Shown: positions 8,870 through 17,379, counted from the stretch's first letter. The stretch is DNA of 64,000 bases from Bacteroidota bacterium (GCA_051746185.1 JBNJEV010000011.1:9995-73994), one strand, 5' to 3'. Notes: a model not told the origin generated them from the sequence alone. Program-made: numbers and translations.

Positions 8870-10171
8870 TCAATAGATCCGGCCATCCAGTACATGCCGG
8901 ATGATGATCTGGTAATTTCTGTATTCAGATTTTGATTTCATGAGCCTGACCAGCATGGATATCCCCGGCTCATCCGTATTCTCCATCGCTTTTGTGGCCT
9001 GGATCTGCAGCTGAACGTCCTCTTCCCTGTCCAGTACCGATTTTAAAAATTTCAGGTGCCGGGCATCCGGGATCCTGGCGAAAGTCCGCAGGATCTCCAG
9101 TTTATTGTGGTAAGTCTCCCCCTCATAGATCCTTTTCAGCACCGGTAACGATCCCTTCAGGCCGATCTCTCCGCAAACCCTGATGGCTGTGTGCCGGACC
9201 TCCGCATCCTCGTGTTGAAGCAACCGGATCACATCCCTGCCCACCCCATGCTGTTTGAACCATGCAGCCATCTCCAGGGCAAATTTTACCACCGACAGAT
9301 TCTCCGAATCAAACCACTGCCTGAAAGGGGGAACTTTCAGGTTATGCTGTATGAGCATTTCATGCAGGGTGATCTGTTCCCATTTTGCCAGGGGTCTTTC
9401 CATGTAATGCAGGAAGTGATAAGGGTTTTCGTCCGATAATCTCACCAGTGCGATCTGAGCTTCCATTCTCAGGATCTCATTGCCGGAATTCACACATTCT
9501 ATGATCCTTTGATTCGCCTCCCTGATATTCATGTATGCCAGTTCCCTGAAACCTTTCACATTCTCGTGCCATTTCCGGCTGTAGGCTTTTTTGAGGGAAT
9601 CTTCCCTGAGGCCCAGGATCAGGTAGAGTTCCCTGATCCGGTCCTTGATGTCACCTTTCAGGTTAATGCTCAAATCGATCATCTGGTCGATCAGGATCTG
9701 ACGGTCGAACCTGCCCGAGGCGACCTTCTTAAGATCCCTGACACACCGTTCCCGGCTGCTTTCATCAAACAGGTAATCCATAAGCATTTGCTGGTACTCC
9801 TGCCTGAGATACTCGGTCCGCTCCTCTTCTCTCCGGAGCTTTTTCCTGTGGAGCAGAATAATGATCAGCAGGGTGATCAGGGTCACAATGGAATAAAGGA
9901 TCACCACATAGAGGACCGTAATGAACAGGGGTGATTTATTAAACCGCTTCACGATCCACCTGGCATAACTTTTCAGTGCGCCTTCCTTTTCCGGTTCCGT
10001 TTCAAGGGAAGCTTCTGTTTCTGTCAGATTTTCATCATTTTTGGTATAATCTGTCCGTTCAATGGTACCGGCACGCCCGGCTGTATTTTGCTGCTGAACC
10101 AGCGCCACGGAACTGCAAAGGGGCAACCCGTAACACATTACGATCAGGATATATTTGACGCTTCGCTTCAC
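8870..10171 (-). CDS. Membrane-anchored HEAT-repeat protein (2 predicted TM segments, cytoplasmic HEAT/PBS-lyase-like repeats)
   Basis: 433 aa. It has a hydrophobic N-terminus, an acidic linker and a TM segment (SPLFITVLYVVILYSIVTLITLLIIILLH). HEAT-like repeats follow, e.g. VIRLLQHEDAEVRHTAIRVCGEIGLKGSLPVLKRIY. It overlaps the upstream gene by 4 nt and is 3 nt from the GT2 start. Confidence 0.7.
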   Translation of the reverse strand: MKRSVKYILIVMCYGLPLCSSVALVQQQNTAGRAGTIERTDYTKNDENLTETEASLETEPEKEGALKSYARWIVKRFNKSPLFITVLYVVILYSIVTLITLLIIILLHRKKLRREEERTEYLRQEYQQMLMDYLFDESSRERCVRDLKKVASGRFDRQILIDQMIDLSINLKGDIKDRIRELYLILGLREDSLKKAYSRKWHENVKGFRELAYMNIREANQRIIECVNSGNEILRMEAQIALVRLSDENPYHFLHYMERPLAKWEQITLHEMLIQHNLKVPPFRQWFDSENLSVVKFALEMAAWFKQHGVGRDVIRLLQHEDAEVRHTAIRVCGEIGLKGSLPVLKRIYEGETYHNKLEILRTFARIPDARHLKFLKSVLDREEDVQLQIQATKAMENTDEPGISMLVRLMKSKSEYRNYQIIIRHVLDGRIY

Positions 10172-11403
10172 TTTCCCAGACTGATATAGATCCCCGTCCT
10201 GAAGTGGATGCGGTGCCGGTGTTCCCTGTCCGCATATTCCTCATATGCATAACCGCTCGACGCGTCCAGGCGCAGGTTATACCGGAATTGCCATGAAATC
10301 CCCAGTCTGAATGAATAAGCCCCAAGCCGGTCAAGATCGGAAGCCACCAGGATGGGTTCATCAGGCGCTGTCCCGAATCCCAGGGTCGCCGACACATAAT
10401 TGTACCTGTCAGCAAAATACCGGCGGGCGCTCAGGTAATAGGATCCCGACACCCCGTAATCCTTAAAGAACAGGTAATTTCTCAGAGAGAACCAGTAGTT
10501 ACCGGCATACTTCTCCCCGGAAAATGTCAGAAAGGTGAAATGGCGGTCCCAGTAGAAATAACGCATACCGGCTGACAGTGAAAATCCCCCGGGCAGGACC
10601 TGCCAGAGTTCCAGGGCGGCCCTGTGCAGCGGCAGGTACATGGTACGCTGACCGGGAGAGATGCCGTATCCGGCCAGCAGATAATTTTTCTCTCCCAGGT
10701 GGAGATAGGAATCCAGGTTCAACTGTATGTCAGAGTTGGGACGGTCAAGTCCGCCGTGAATCCCTGTATTGATATAAGGAATAAGCACCCCTGCCCTCAG
10801 CGGTAGATTCCCTCCCACGGTCAGCATGTGCCAGTTACGGACATAGGGTTTTTGGAAATGATCATATGCATAGAAAACATATATCTCGGGTACTTCCTGA
10901 GAGACAGCCAGTTTGTACCTGGCCAGCCGGTACCTCCCCCTGATGGGGGGATCATCCGGAAAGATTTGAAGGGCCTGCCGGGCGTACACGGCCAGGGTTT
11001 CCCAGTCATTTTCCCAGTAGGCAAGATCCACGAGTACCCTGTGCGCTTCCAGCAATGTGGAATCCACTGCCAGGACATCCTCAACACGTGCATATGCTGA
11101 ATCGTATTCCCCCTGCCATCCGTGAACCCTGGCCAGGTAAAGGGAAACATCCCCGTAACCGGGATTTTCTTCAAGCAGCCGGTACCCGATGTCCTCCGCC
11201 TTTTCATATTGCCCTTCGGCAGCGTGGACCCGCATCAGTGCAAATCCCTCCCCGGGATTCTGATAGGTTGCCGGGGACTCCTGTCCCGTGGCGGAAAAGA
11301 AAATGCAGACCAGCAGGATCAGCAAACACCCCCTTCTATTGATCATCCTTTTCATATATTTTTCCAAGGGACCGGACCAGCTCAAGCAAAGCATCCGGAT
11401 CAA
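10168..11403 (-). CDS. TPR-repeat + YaiO-family outer-membrane beta-barrel protein (likely start at 11355 or 11346)
   Basis: The signal peptide MKRMINRRGCLLILLVCIFFSATGQ begins at the internal Met. The N-terminal TPR-like part includes AEGQYEKAEDIGYRLLEENPGYGDVSLYLARVHGWQGEYDSAY. The C-terminal part has alternating aromatic beta-strand patterns and ends …HRIHFRTGIYISLGK, as in YaiO-type barrels. Confidence 0.7.
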   Translation of the reverse strand: MIRMLCLSWSGPLEKYMKRMINRRGCLLILLVCIFFSATGQESPATYQNPGEGFALMRVHAAEGQYEKAEDIGYRLLEENPGYGDVSLYLARVHGWQGEYDSAYARVEDVLAVDSTLLEAHRVLVDLAYWENDWETLAVYARQALQIFPDDPPIRGRYRLARYKLAVSQEVPEIYVFYAYDHFQKPYVRNWHMLTVGGNLPLRAGVLIPYINTGIHGGLDRPNSDIQLNLDSYLHLGEKNYLLAGYGISPGQRTMYLPLHRAALELWQVLPGGFSLSAGMRYFYWDRHFTFLTFSGEKYAGNYWFSLRNYLFFKDYGVSGSYYLSARRYFADRYNYVSATLGFGTAPDEPILVASDLDRLGAYSFRLGISWQFRYNLRLDASSGYAYEEYADREHRHRIHFRTGIYISLGK

Positions 11404-11728
11404 AAGGTTTGGTAAGATATCCGCTTGCCCCCAGTTCCATCGCGTGGACTCTTGTCTCCTCCAGATTGATGATGGAAATAATGATCACAGGGATTTTTGT
11501 TTCCATCTCTTTATTCACATACCGAACCACCTCCAGTCCTTTTGCATAGGGCATGTTGATATCCGTGATCACCAGATCGGTTTTCTTTTCGTTCAACATG
11601 CGGATCGCCTGCTCCCCGTCTTCTGCCTTCAGGACCTCATATCCCTCTTTGACCAGTGTGAACTCAATGGTCCTCAGGGTCATGGGATTATCCTCGCAGA
11701 CGAGTATTTTCATGGGATCTTTGCTCAT
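11336..11728 (-). CDS. Stand-alone response-regulator receiver (CheY-like) protein
   Basis: 130 aa. KILVCEDNPMT carries the acidic pair, DLVITDINMP the phospho-acceptor Asp, and GYLTKPF the conserved Lys. There is no output domain. Confidence 0.85.
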   Translation of the reverse strand: MSKDPMKILVCEDNPMTLRTIEFTLVKEGYEVLKAEDGEQAIRMLNEKKTDLVITDINMPYAKGLEVVRYVNKEMETKIPVIIISIINLEETRVHAMELGASGYLTKPFDPDALLELVRSLGKIYEKDDQ

Positions 11729-11752
11729 TGTTCTGCAAAGTTAATCAAATCC

Positions 11753-14368
11753 TCATTGGATAATGACCTTATGTGATTCCATGGAACGATCTGTAAAGAT
11801 CCGGATGAGGTAGGTCCCCGGCTGAACATCCCCGAGCGGGATCACCGTTTCAGTCCGTTGAAGCTCTGCAGAGGCAATCTCCCTCCCCACCATGTCCGTG
11901 ATCACGACCATTGCCGTGTCAAATGGCCGGGAAGACCGGATATGGAGAAGATCCTTTGCAGGATTGGGGAAGATCTCAAAACGATCCACGGGATCCTCCC
12001 CGGCAACTGCATTATCTGCCAGGGGAAATTCGACCCTGATGGTTACGGGTACCAGGGAGGAAAATTCATACCCGTCATCCAGGTAATACATGAAAAAGTC
12101 CTCTCCCCGGAATCCCGGATCGGGATAATAGTTGAAACTGCCATCGGGATGCAGGTACAGTGATCCGCCGTGTGTGGCCCTTCCCGGTGCAAGAATTGCC
12201 ATGACCGGGTTCCCGTCAATATCAAAATCATTGGCCAGCAATCCGTCCTGTGCTTCCGGATCCAGATAACCGCCGGGGCGGACAATGAAGGTATCGGGAT
12301 AACCGATGGGGGGCGAATTGAACAAGGGCAATTTATGTTTCAGGAAATGAAAAGATTGTTTCTTGCGTTCGATGGGCGGATCAGCCAGGATCTTTTCGAA
12401 ATCCCAGAAATCCCACGTGTGCCTCTCCGTCTGATACAATTCATCCCCCAGGGAAAGTGTGAGAGCAATGCCTTCGGACAGGGTATCCTGCTTCAATATG
12501 ACGATATCATCTCCCTGTTGTTCCGAGAGATAATGCATCGCCCGTCTGACATTGGGAGCCGTAAAGTTGATCAGGGTCCAGGGAATCCGGATCTCCAGGC
12601 TATCCTTGAATTTGGTGACCGCATTGAGGAACTGGTAAGGATCCTCGTCCCGGGAGATCCGCAGTGCCCCGATATTTTGTGCGTAGTTGTAAAAATAGTT
12701 GGTTTTCCATCTGACCGGATTCCAGATCCCTTCATCGCTTCTTACGGATACCACCGTATCCAGCCGAACCGGCTGTTTGACCCCGAATACATCATAGGAG
12801 GGGATCACATGGAGACTGGCCAGGCTGCCTTCCAGGGGGATGCCCAGTGCGAATTCCGCCCTGAGGGTGTCGGTATCCCCGCCCAGGGAGGCACCGCCGG
12901 GAAAAATGGATTCACCCAGATTTTTTTCGTAGGTGTCCAGCGCTATCCACAGGGTATCCCCGGTATGCTTCTCCGTATCCATATAGAGACGGATCCTGAA
13001 GAATGTGTAGTCGGAAACCATCCTGATGCCGGAAATAGCCTTCCCCGGATAGGAACCCGATTCAATATACGGGAAAGGAGGAGGGGCATATGAAAGTATG
13101 CCGAAATTCTGCTCAGGTGCGGTGATGTTGTGCCATAAATGCCGGTATTGTTTGTCCGAAAAAGGATTGGTGATCCAGGTCTGCTTGAACCATTCATCGA
13201 TGAGTGAAAACTGAATCCCCCCGGCACAGTCCGCTTCCCGGATATTGTCCAGCATGCGGATGGAATACCTTCCCTGCTGTTCTTCCGTGAGCCCCCCGTG
13301 ATGCATCCCCGAGGAAGTCAGGTGGGCACTTCCCCAGCTGGAAGGCACACCGAATTCAGCGATCAGCAGGGGAATTCCTTCATAATGATCCTTCAGATCC
13401 TTCAGGTATCCCAGGTAGCTGTTGGGTCCGATCGAATCGGATTCAAAACCATAATATGGATCCTGTACAATGAAATCAGGGTAATAAGGATAGGCATGGT
13501 AACTGATAAAAAATCCACCCGACGAATCGGCAGCGACCATCCCCGAGAGATCGATCTTTTCATCATCCTCCTGACTGTTCTCCCACATCTGCTCGGTGGG
13601 ATGGGTAAGCGGATCAAGGGTGGGCCAGGAAGAGAATCCGACCGGACGGACGGAACCGAACTGCCGGGCTTCAAAGATCATCAGACTGTCGAGCCGCTGT
13701 GCCATCCAGACCTCTGCCGGATCTGCCTCCCCGGTCAACCGAAAATAGGTCCCGCTGTAGACATCCTCCTCCGGATGGATCTGGTTGGTCAGGGCCACTT
13801 CTGAGGGATAAATCTCCCGGCCGATCAGGTACCCGGCCACCCACCGGGAAATGTCCACGGAAAAAACACCATGGGCCTTCCCCGGACGACTCTGGATGAG
13901 GATGTCTCCGTGGACCGCGCTGACCACGTCCCTGATCTCCCGGCTGAAAGCAGGGGTCAGACCGAACAGGTCCGTGGGCGTTTCCTGCTCTTCGAGCCAT
14001 ATGCCCTGGATCACCAGCAAAGGAGATGCCGGGTGCTCCGAGTTGAACCGGGACAATTCTTCATAGAATCTCGGATAGTGCAGGGTGTAGAGCCTGATGG
14101 TGTTGTAACCCGCTTCCCTGATCAGCTGGAACCATCGCCTGTAATCTTCACGGGAGACAGCAAGCTGTCCCGGCTGTGTTCCGGGCACCGCCACACCCAT
14201 ATTGATCCCTTTGATAAACAGAGGAGTATATTGCCTTCCGTTCCATATGGCAAACCGTTCTTCCTCTATGGTGAACCGGCCCCTGTATGCTGTCTGGCTC
14301 AGACTGTCAACGGGAACAGACAAAAGGATCAGATTAAGCAGAAGCAGGAAGAAGGATCTTATGCACAT
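11753..14368 (-). CDS. Secreted multidomain protein: N-terminal TIM-barrel glycoside-hydrolase-like domain, cadherin/VCBS-like Ig domain, T9SS C-terminal sorting domain
   Basis: 871 aa with signal peptide MCIRSFFLLLLNLILLSVPVDSLSQ. Clan GH-A-like strands are present: FIKGINMGVAVPG…GYNTIRLYT, VAGYLIGREI (E185) and IPLLIAEFGVPSS (E338). GLLANDFDIDGNPV…FFMYYLDDG is a cadherin-like motif. The C-terminus FEIFPNPAKDLLHIRS…GTYLIRIFTDRSMESHKVIIQ is a Por secretion tail. Confidence 0.7.
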   Translation of the reverse strand: MCIRSFFLLLLNLILLSVPVDSLSQTAYRGRFTIEEERFAIWNGRQYTPLFIKGINMGVAVPGTQPGQLAVSREDYRRWFQLIREAGYNTIRLYTLHYPRFYEELSRFNSEHPASPLLVIQGIWLEEQETPTDLFGLTPAFSREIRDVVSAVHGDILIQSRPGKAHGVFSVDISRWVAGYLIGREIYPSEVALTNQIHPEEDVYSGTYFRLTGEADPAEVWMAQRLDSLMIFEARQFGSVRPVGFSSWPTLDPLTHPTEQMWENSQEDDEKIDLSGMVAADSSGGFFISYHAYPYYPDFIVQDPYYGFESDSIGPNSYLGYLKDLKDHYEGIPLLIAEFGVPSSWGSAHLTSSGMHHGGLTEEQQGRYSIRMLDNIREADCAGGIQFSLIDEWFKQTWITNPFSDKQYRHLWHNITAPEQNFGILSYAPPPFPYIESGSYPGKAISGIRMVSDYTFFRIRLYMDTEKHTGDTLWIALDTYEKNLGESIFPGGASLGGDTDTLRAEFALGIPLEGSLASLHVIPSYDVFGVKQPVRLDTVVSVRSDEGIWNPVRWKTNYFYNYAQNIGALRISRDEDPYQFLNAVTKFKDSLEIRIPWTLINFTAPNVRRAMHYLSEQQGDDIVILKQDTLSEGIALTLSLGDELYQTERHTWDFWDFEKILADPPIERKKQSFHFLKHKLPLFNSPPIGYPDTFIVRPGGYLDPEAQDGLLANDFDIDGNPVMAILAPGRATHGGSLYLHPDGSFNYYPDPGFRGEDFFMYYLDDGYEFSSLVPVTIRVEFPLADNAVAGEDPVDRFEIFPNPAKDLLHIRSSRPFDTAMVVITDMVGREIASAELQRTETVIPLGDVQPGTYLIRIFTDRSMESHKVIIQ

Positions 14369-14380
14369 GTCTGTCTTTCA

Positions 14381-14396
14381 TTGGAAGGCCTTCCAA
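14381..14396. promoter_or_regulatory. Perfect 16-bp palindrome ttggaaggccttccaa, immediately upstream of the first gene of the 14368..7445 operon
   Basis: Read directly. It lies 13 nt upstream of the ATG at 14368 and 38 nt downstream of the lysC stop. It has no loop and no U-tract, so it looks more like an operator than a terminator. Confidence 0.3.
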
Positions 14397-14433
14397 AGGT
14401 AAAGAAAGGCAGGTGGGACGGCAACAGAAGTTA

Positions 14434-15702
14434 TTAACCCAGATCCCGGACCAGCAGCTGGATATTCTGGACCCCCCGCTGTTCCATGATCAGTTCCTTG
14501 TTGATCATGACCCTGTCGATGGTGGACTGGTCAAAATACCGGATGGTGATCAGTTCCAGACCGGTCTGATAAGCCACCCTGTAATTTTTCTCCAGGTCAT
14601 CTACCACAGACCGGACCTTTCTTTTATCATTGTTCACGATCATGAGAAAGCTTACCGCGGAGTTCTGCATCAGGTTTATACGCATCCCGTGTTTATGAAG
14701 GATCCCGAAGATCTCCTCCAGGTTGTCCTCCGTGATAAAGGAGAAATCGAGGGGGGAGGTGCGGATCAGCACCTGGTCCATTTTGAAAATAAAAGACGGG
14801 ATCAGTTTATCATAGCCGATATTCCCGATCAGGGTGCCGGGGGCGTTGTGGTCCATAAATGACTTTACATAGAGATTGATGTTCCTGTTCTGAAGAGGCT
14901 TGATGGTCTTGGGATGGATCACACTGGTGCCGAAATAAGCCAGTTCAATGGCATCCAGGTAAGAGATCTTCTCCAGCAGCAGCGTATCATCAAAATATTT
15001 TGGATCGGCATTGAGCACGCCCGGAACATCCTTCCAGATGGTCACGCACTCTGCATTCAGCATATAAGCCATCAGAGCAGCGGTATAGTCAGATCCTTCC
15101 CTTCCCAGGGAGGTGGACTGGTCATTGATAGTGGAAGCAATAAATCCCTGGGTGATCAGGATCCGTTCCCCGTCATCGAAAGTAAATTGCTCATTGACCA
15201 GCCGGGTGGAAAGTTCCCAGTCCACCCCGGCCTCACGCCAGTTATTGTCCGATTTGAGCGACCGCCGGATATCCATCCACCTGGTCTTCACTCCCGCATG
15301 GTTCAGGTAATGAGCAATAATACTGGTGGAGAGCAGCTCACCATAACAGATGATCTGATCGTAGTCGTAGTCATAATTCAGGGTGGGCTCCTTGGAAAGC
15401 CGGTTTTCAAGTCCGGAGAAAAGTTCTTCCACATCCTGAAAGGCCGGGTGGTCATGTTTTGTGAACAATCCTTCCAGGATCTCCAGGTGGTAGTCTTTGA
15501 TCCGGTCAAACTCCTCCTTCATCCCCGGCCCATTTTTACCGGCATATTGTTCAATGACCCGTTCCAGGGCATTGGTGGTCTTTCCCATGGCCGATACCAC
15601 CACCACGATCTGGTCATCAGGGTAGTTACCGAGTATTTCAGCAATGTTCCTGACCGCATCGGCACTTTTGACCGATGCACCGCCGAATTTGAAAACGAAC
15701 AT
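14434..15702 (-). CDS. lysC: Aspartate kinase
   Basis: 422 aa. MFVFKFGGASVKSADAVRNIAEIL… is the canonical aspartokinase N-terminus (KFGG.S). C-terminal ACT-like regions are present. Confidence 0.9.
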   Translation of the reverse strand: MFVFKFGGASVKSADAVRNIAEILGNYPDDQIVVVVSAMGKTTNALERVIEQYAGKNGPGMKEEFDRIKDYHLEILEGLFTKHDHPAFQDVEELFSGLENRLSKEPTLNYDYDYDQIICYGELLSTSIIAHYLNHAGVKTRWMDIRRSLKSDNNWREAGVDWELSTRLVNEQFTFDDGERILITQGFIASTINDQSTSLGREGSDYTAALMAYMLNAECVTIWKDVPGVLNADPKYFDDTLLLEKISYLDAIELAYFGTSVIHPKTIKPLQNRNINLYVKSFMDHNAPGTLIGNIGYDKLIPSFIFKMDQVLIRTSPLDFSFITEDNLEEIFGILHKHGMRINLMQNSAVSFLMIVNNDKRKVRSVVDDLEKNYRVAYQTGLELITIRYFDQSTIDRVMINKELIMEQRGVQNIQLLVRDLG

Positions 15703-15710
15703 CCGTTTGT

Positions 15711-16154
15711 TTGGGTTTATTTTGTAAATTCATGGATAAAAATAGCAATCAACAGTATTTTTATAAAACGAAGATGAAAATAATTATTCGTTTCGCCACC
15801 TACCAGGTCGAGGCCGAACTGTATGACACCGACACCGCCCGGGCGATCTTTCAGATGCTTCCCATCCGGGAGAACGTCAACACCTGGGGAGATGAGATCT
15901 ATTTCCCCATCTCAAAGGATATCCCCCTGGAATCCGGCGCCACTGCCAGTGTATCCGTGGGCGATCTGGCTTACTGGCCCCGACTGCCGGCATTCTGTAT
16001 TTTTTTCGGTCCCACCCCAGCCAGCAAAGGAAACACTCCGGCTGCTGCAAGCGAGGTGAATGTTTTCGGCAGACTGACCAAGGTGGAACCGGAGAGGCTG
16101 AAAAAGATCCCCACCGGTGAAAATGTGAAAATCCTTCAGCCCGGTCAGGAATAA
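15711..16154 (+). CDS. Cyclophilin-like fold protein (TM1367/DUF3830-like); likely start at 15774
   Basis: From the internal Met the protein reads MKIIIRFATYQVEAELYDTDTARAIFQMLPIRENVNTWGDEIYFPI…GDLAYWP…FCIFFGPTP. This pattern matches the small cyclophilin-like family. The upstream 21 codons are AT-rich and look non-coding. Confidence 0.6.
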   Translation: MGLFCKFMDKNSNQQYFYKTKMKIIIRFATYQVEAELYDTDTARAIFQMLPIRENVNTWGDEIYFPISKDIPLESGATASVSVGDLAYWPRLPAFCIFFGPTPASKGNTPAAASEVNVFGRLTKVEPERLKKIPTGENVKILQPGQE

Positions 16155-17308
16155 TAACGGATCATTCTGGCAATCCTTTCCCCGGTTTGCTCTGCCATCT
16201 CAGGGGCATCACGGAAGGCTTCCTCCAGGGTCATGGGACGATTGATAACAGGAAAGATGGCCGTGATCCCCTCCCTGTAAAGGAGATCCGCACCGGTCCC
16301 CATATTCCCTGTCACCGCCACCACGGGTTTCAGGTGCCTTGCAGCAAGCCGTGCAACCCCTATGGGAGTTTTGCCAAATAGGGTCTGCCGGTCGATTTTC
16401 CCTTCACCGGTGATCACCAGGTCCGCTTTGCTGATCTTTTTTTCCAAATCCAGCATCCCTGCGATCAAATCAAAGCCTTTTTCCAGTTTTCCATCCAGAA
16501 AAGCGATCAGTCCGGCGCCCAGTCCGCCTGCCGCTCCGGCCCCGGGAATGGTTTCCACCTCTGTTCCCAGGGTCTCGAGGATCTTTCCGGCGAAATACCG
16601 GAGATTGGAATCCAGCCGGTCTGCCATTTGCGCATCTGCTCCTTTCTGGGGACCGTAGATCCTTGATGCCCCTTCCGGCCCTGTCAGCGGATTGCTCACA
16701 TCGCATGCCACCAGGATCTCTGTCTGCCCGATCCTCGGATCCAGACCGGAGGTATCGATCCGGTCCACATCGCCCAGTCCGCCTCCTCCTTTCTGCACCG
16801 GACGACCCATCTGGTCCAGGAATCTGATCCCCAGTGCCTCGGCCATCCCCGCACCGCAGTCGTTGGTGGCACTGCCTCCGATCCCGATGAGGATCTTCCG
16901 GCATCCCCTGTCCAGAGCGGCAGCAATGAGCTGGCCCGTACCGTATGTGGAGGTGATCCAGGGGTTTCTGCTGGCAGGATCCAGTTTCTCAAGCCCCGAT
17001 GCTGCCGCCATTTCAATGATTGCGGTTTCGCCATCCCCGGTGATCCCGTAAAATGCGTCCGTCTCCCTCATGAGCGGATCCATCACTTTGATCACCAGCC
17101 GCTTCCCGTGGGTGGCATCCACCAGCGCCTCCACGGTCCCTTCCCCGCCATCTGCCAGCGGTAGCATCTCAATATCATTGCCCGGAAAACCTCGCAGGAA
17201 TCCCATTTTTAATGCCAGGGCCACCTCCCTGGCACTCAGTGAATCTTTGAATGAATCGGTGGCAATGAGAATTTTCATGGATGAAAACCGATCCTGTGAA
17301 AAGTTCAA
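16145..17308 (-). CDS. Glycerate kinase; likely start at 17278
   Basis: MKILIATDSFKDSLSAREVALAL…LPLADGGEGTV…GIGGSATNDCGAGMAEALG…ADLVITGEGKIDRQTLFGKTP is the canonical glycerate kinase family signature. Confidence 0.85.
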   Translation of the reverse strand: MNFSQDRFSSMKILIATDSFKDSLSAREVALALKMGFLRGFPGNDIEMLPLADGGEGTVEALVDATHGKRLVIKVMDPLMRETDAFYGITGDGETAIIEMAAASGLEKLDPASRNPWITSTYGTGQLIAAALDRGCRKILIGIGGSATNDCGAGMAEALGIRFLDQMGRPVQKGGGGLGDVDRIDTSGLDPRIGQTEILVACDVSNPLTGPEGASRIYGPQKGADAQMADRLDSNLRYFAGKILETLGTEVETIPGAGAAGGLGAGLIAFLDGKLEKGFDLIAGMLDLEKKISKADLVITGEGKIDRQTLFGKTPIGVARLAARHLKPVVAVTGNMGTGADLLYREGITAIFPVINRPMTLEEAFRDAPEMAEQTGERIARMIRYYS

Positions 17309-17379
17309 ACGTAATGCTTTTTATGAAAAAATACACATGCTTCATAAAAAACTATACGGAACCAGTTCCCGCCGGCGGA

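Noticed and set aside
12170-13093. 307-aa plus ORF inside the glycosidase-like gene, plus other mid-size antisense ORFs in 11753..14437
   Set aside because: The opposite strand carries a continuous 871-aa ORF with a signal peptide and a T9SS tail. The antisense products look like shadow frames.
14914-15777. 287-aa plus-strand ORF opposite lysC
   Set aside because: It is an antisense shadow of aspartate kinase with no recognisable domain.
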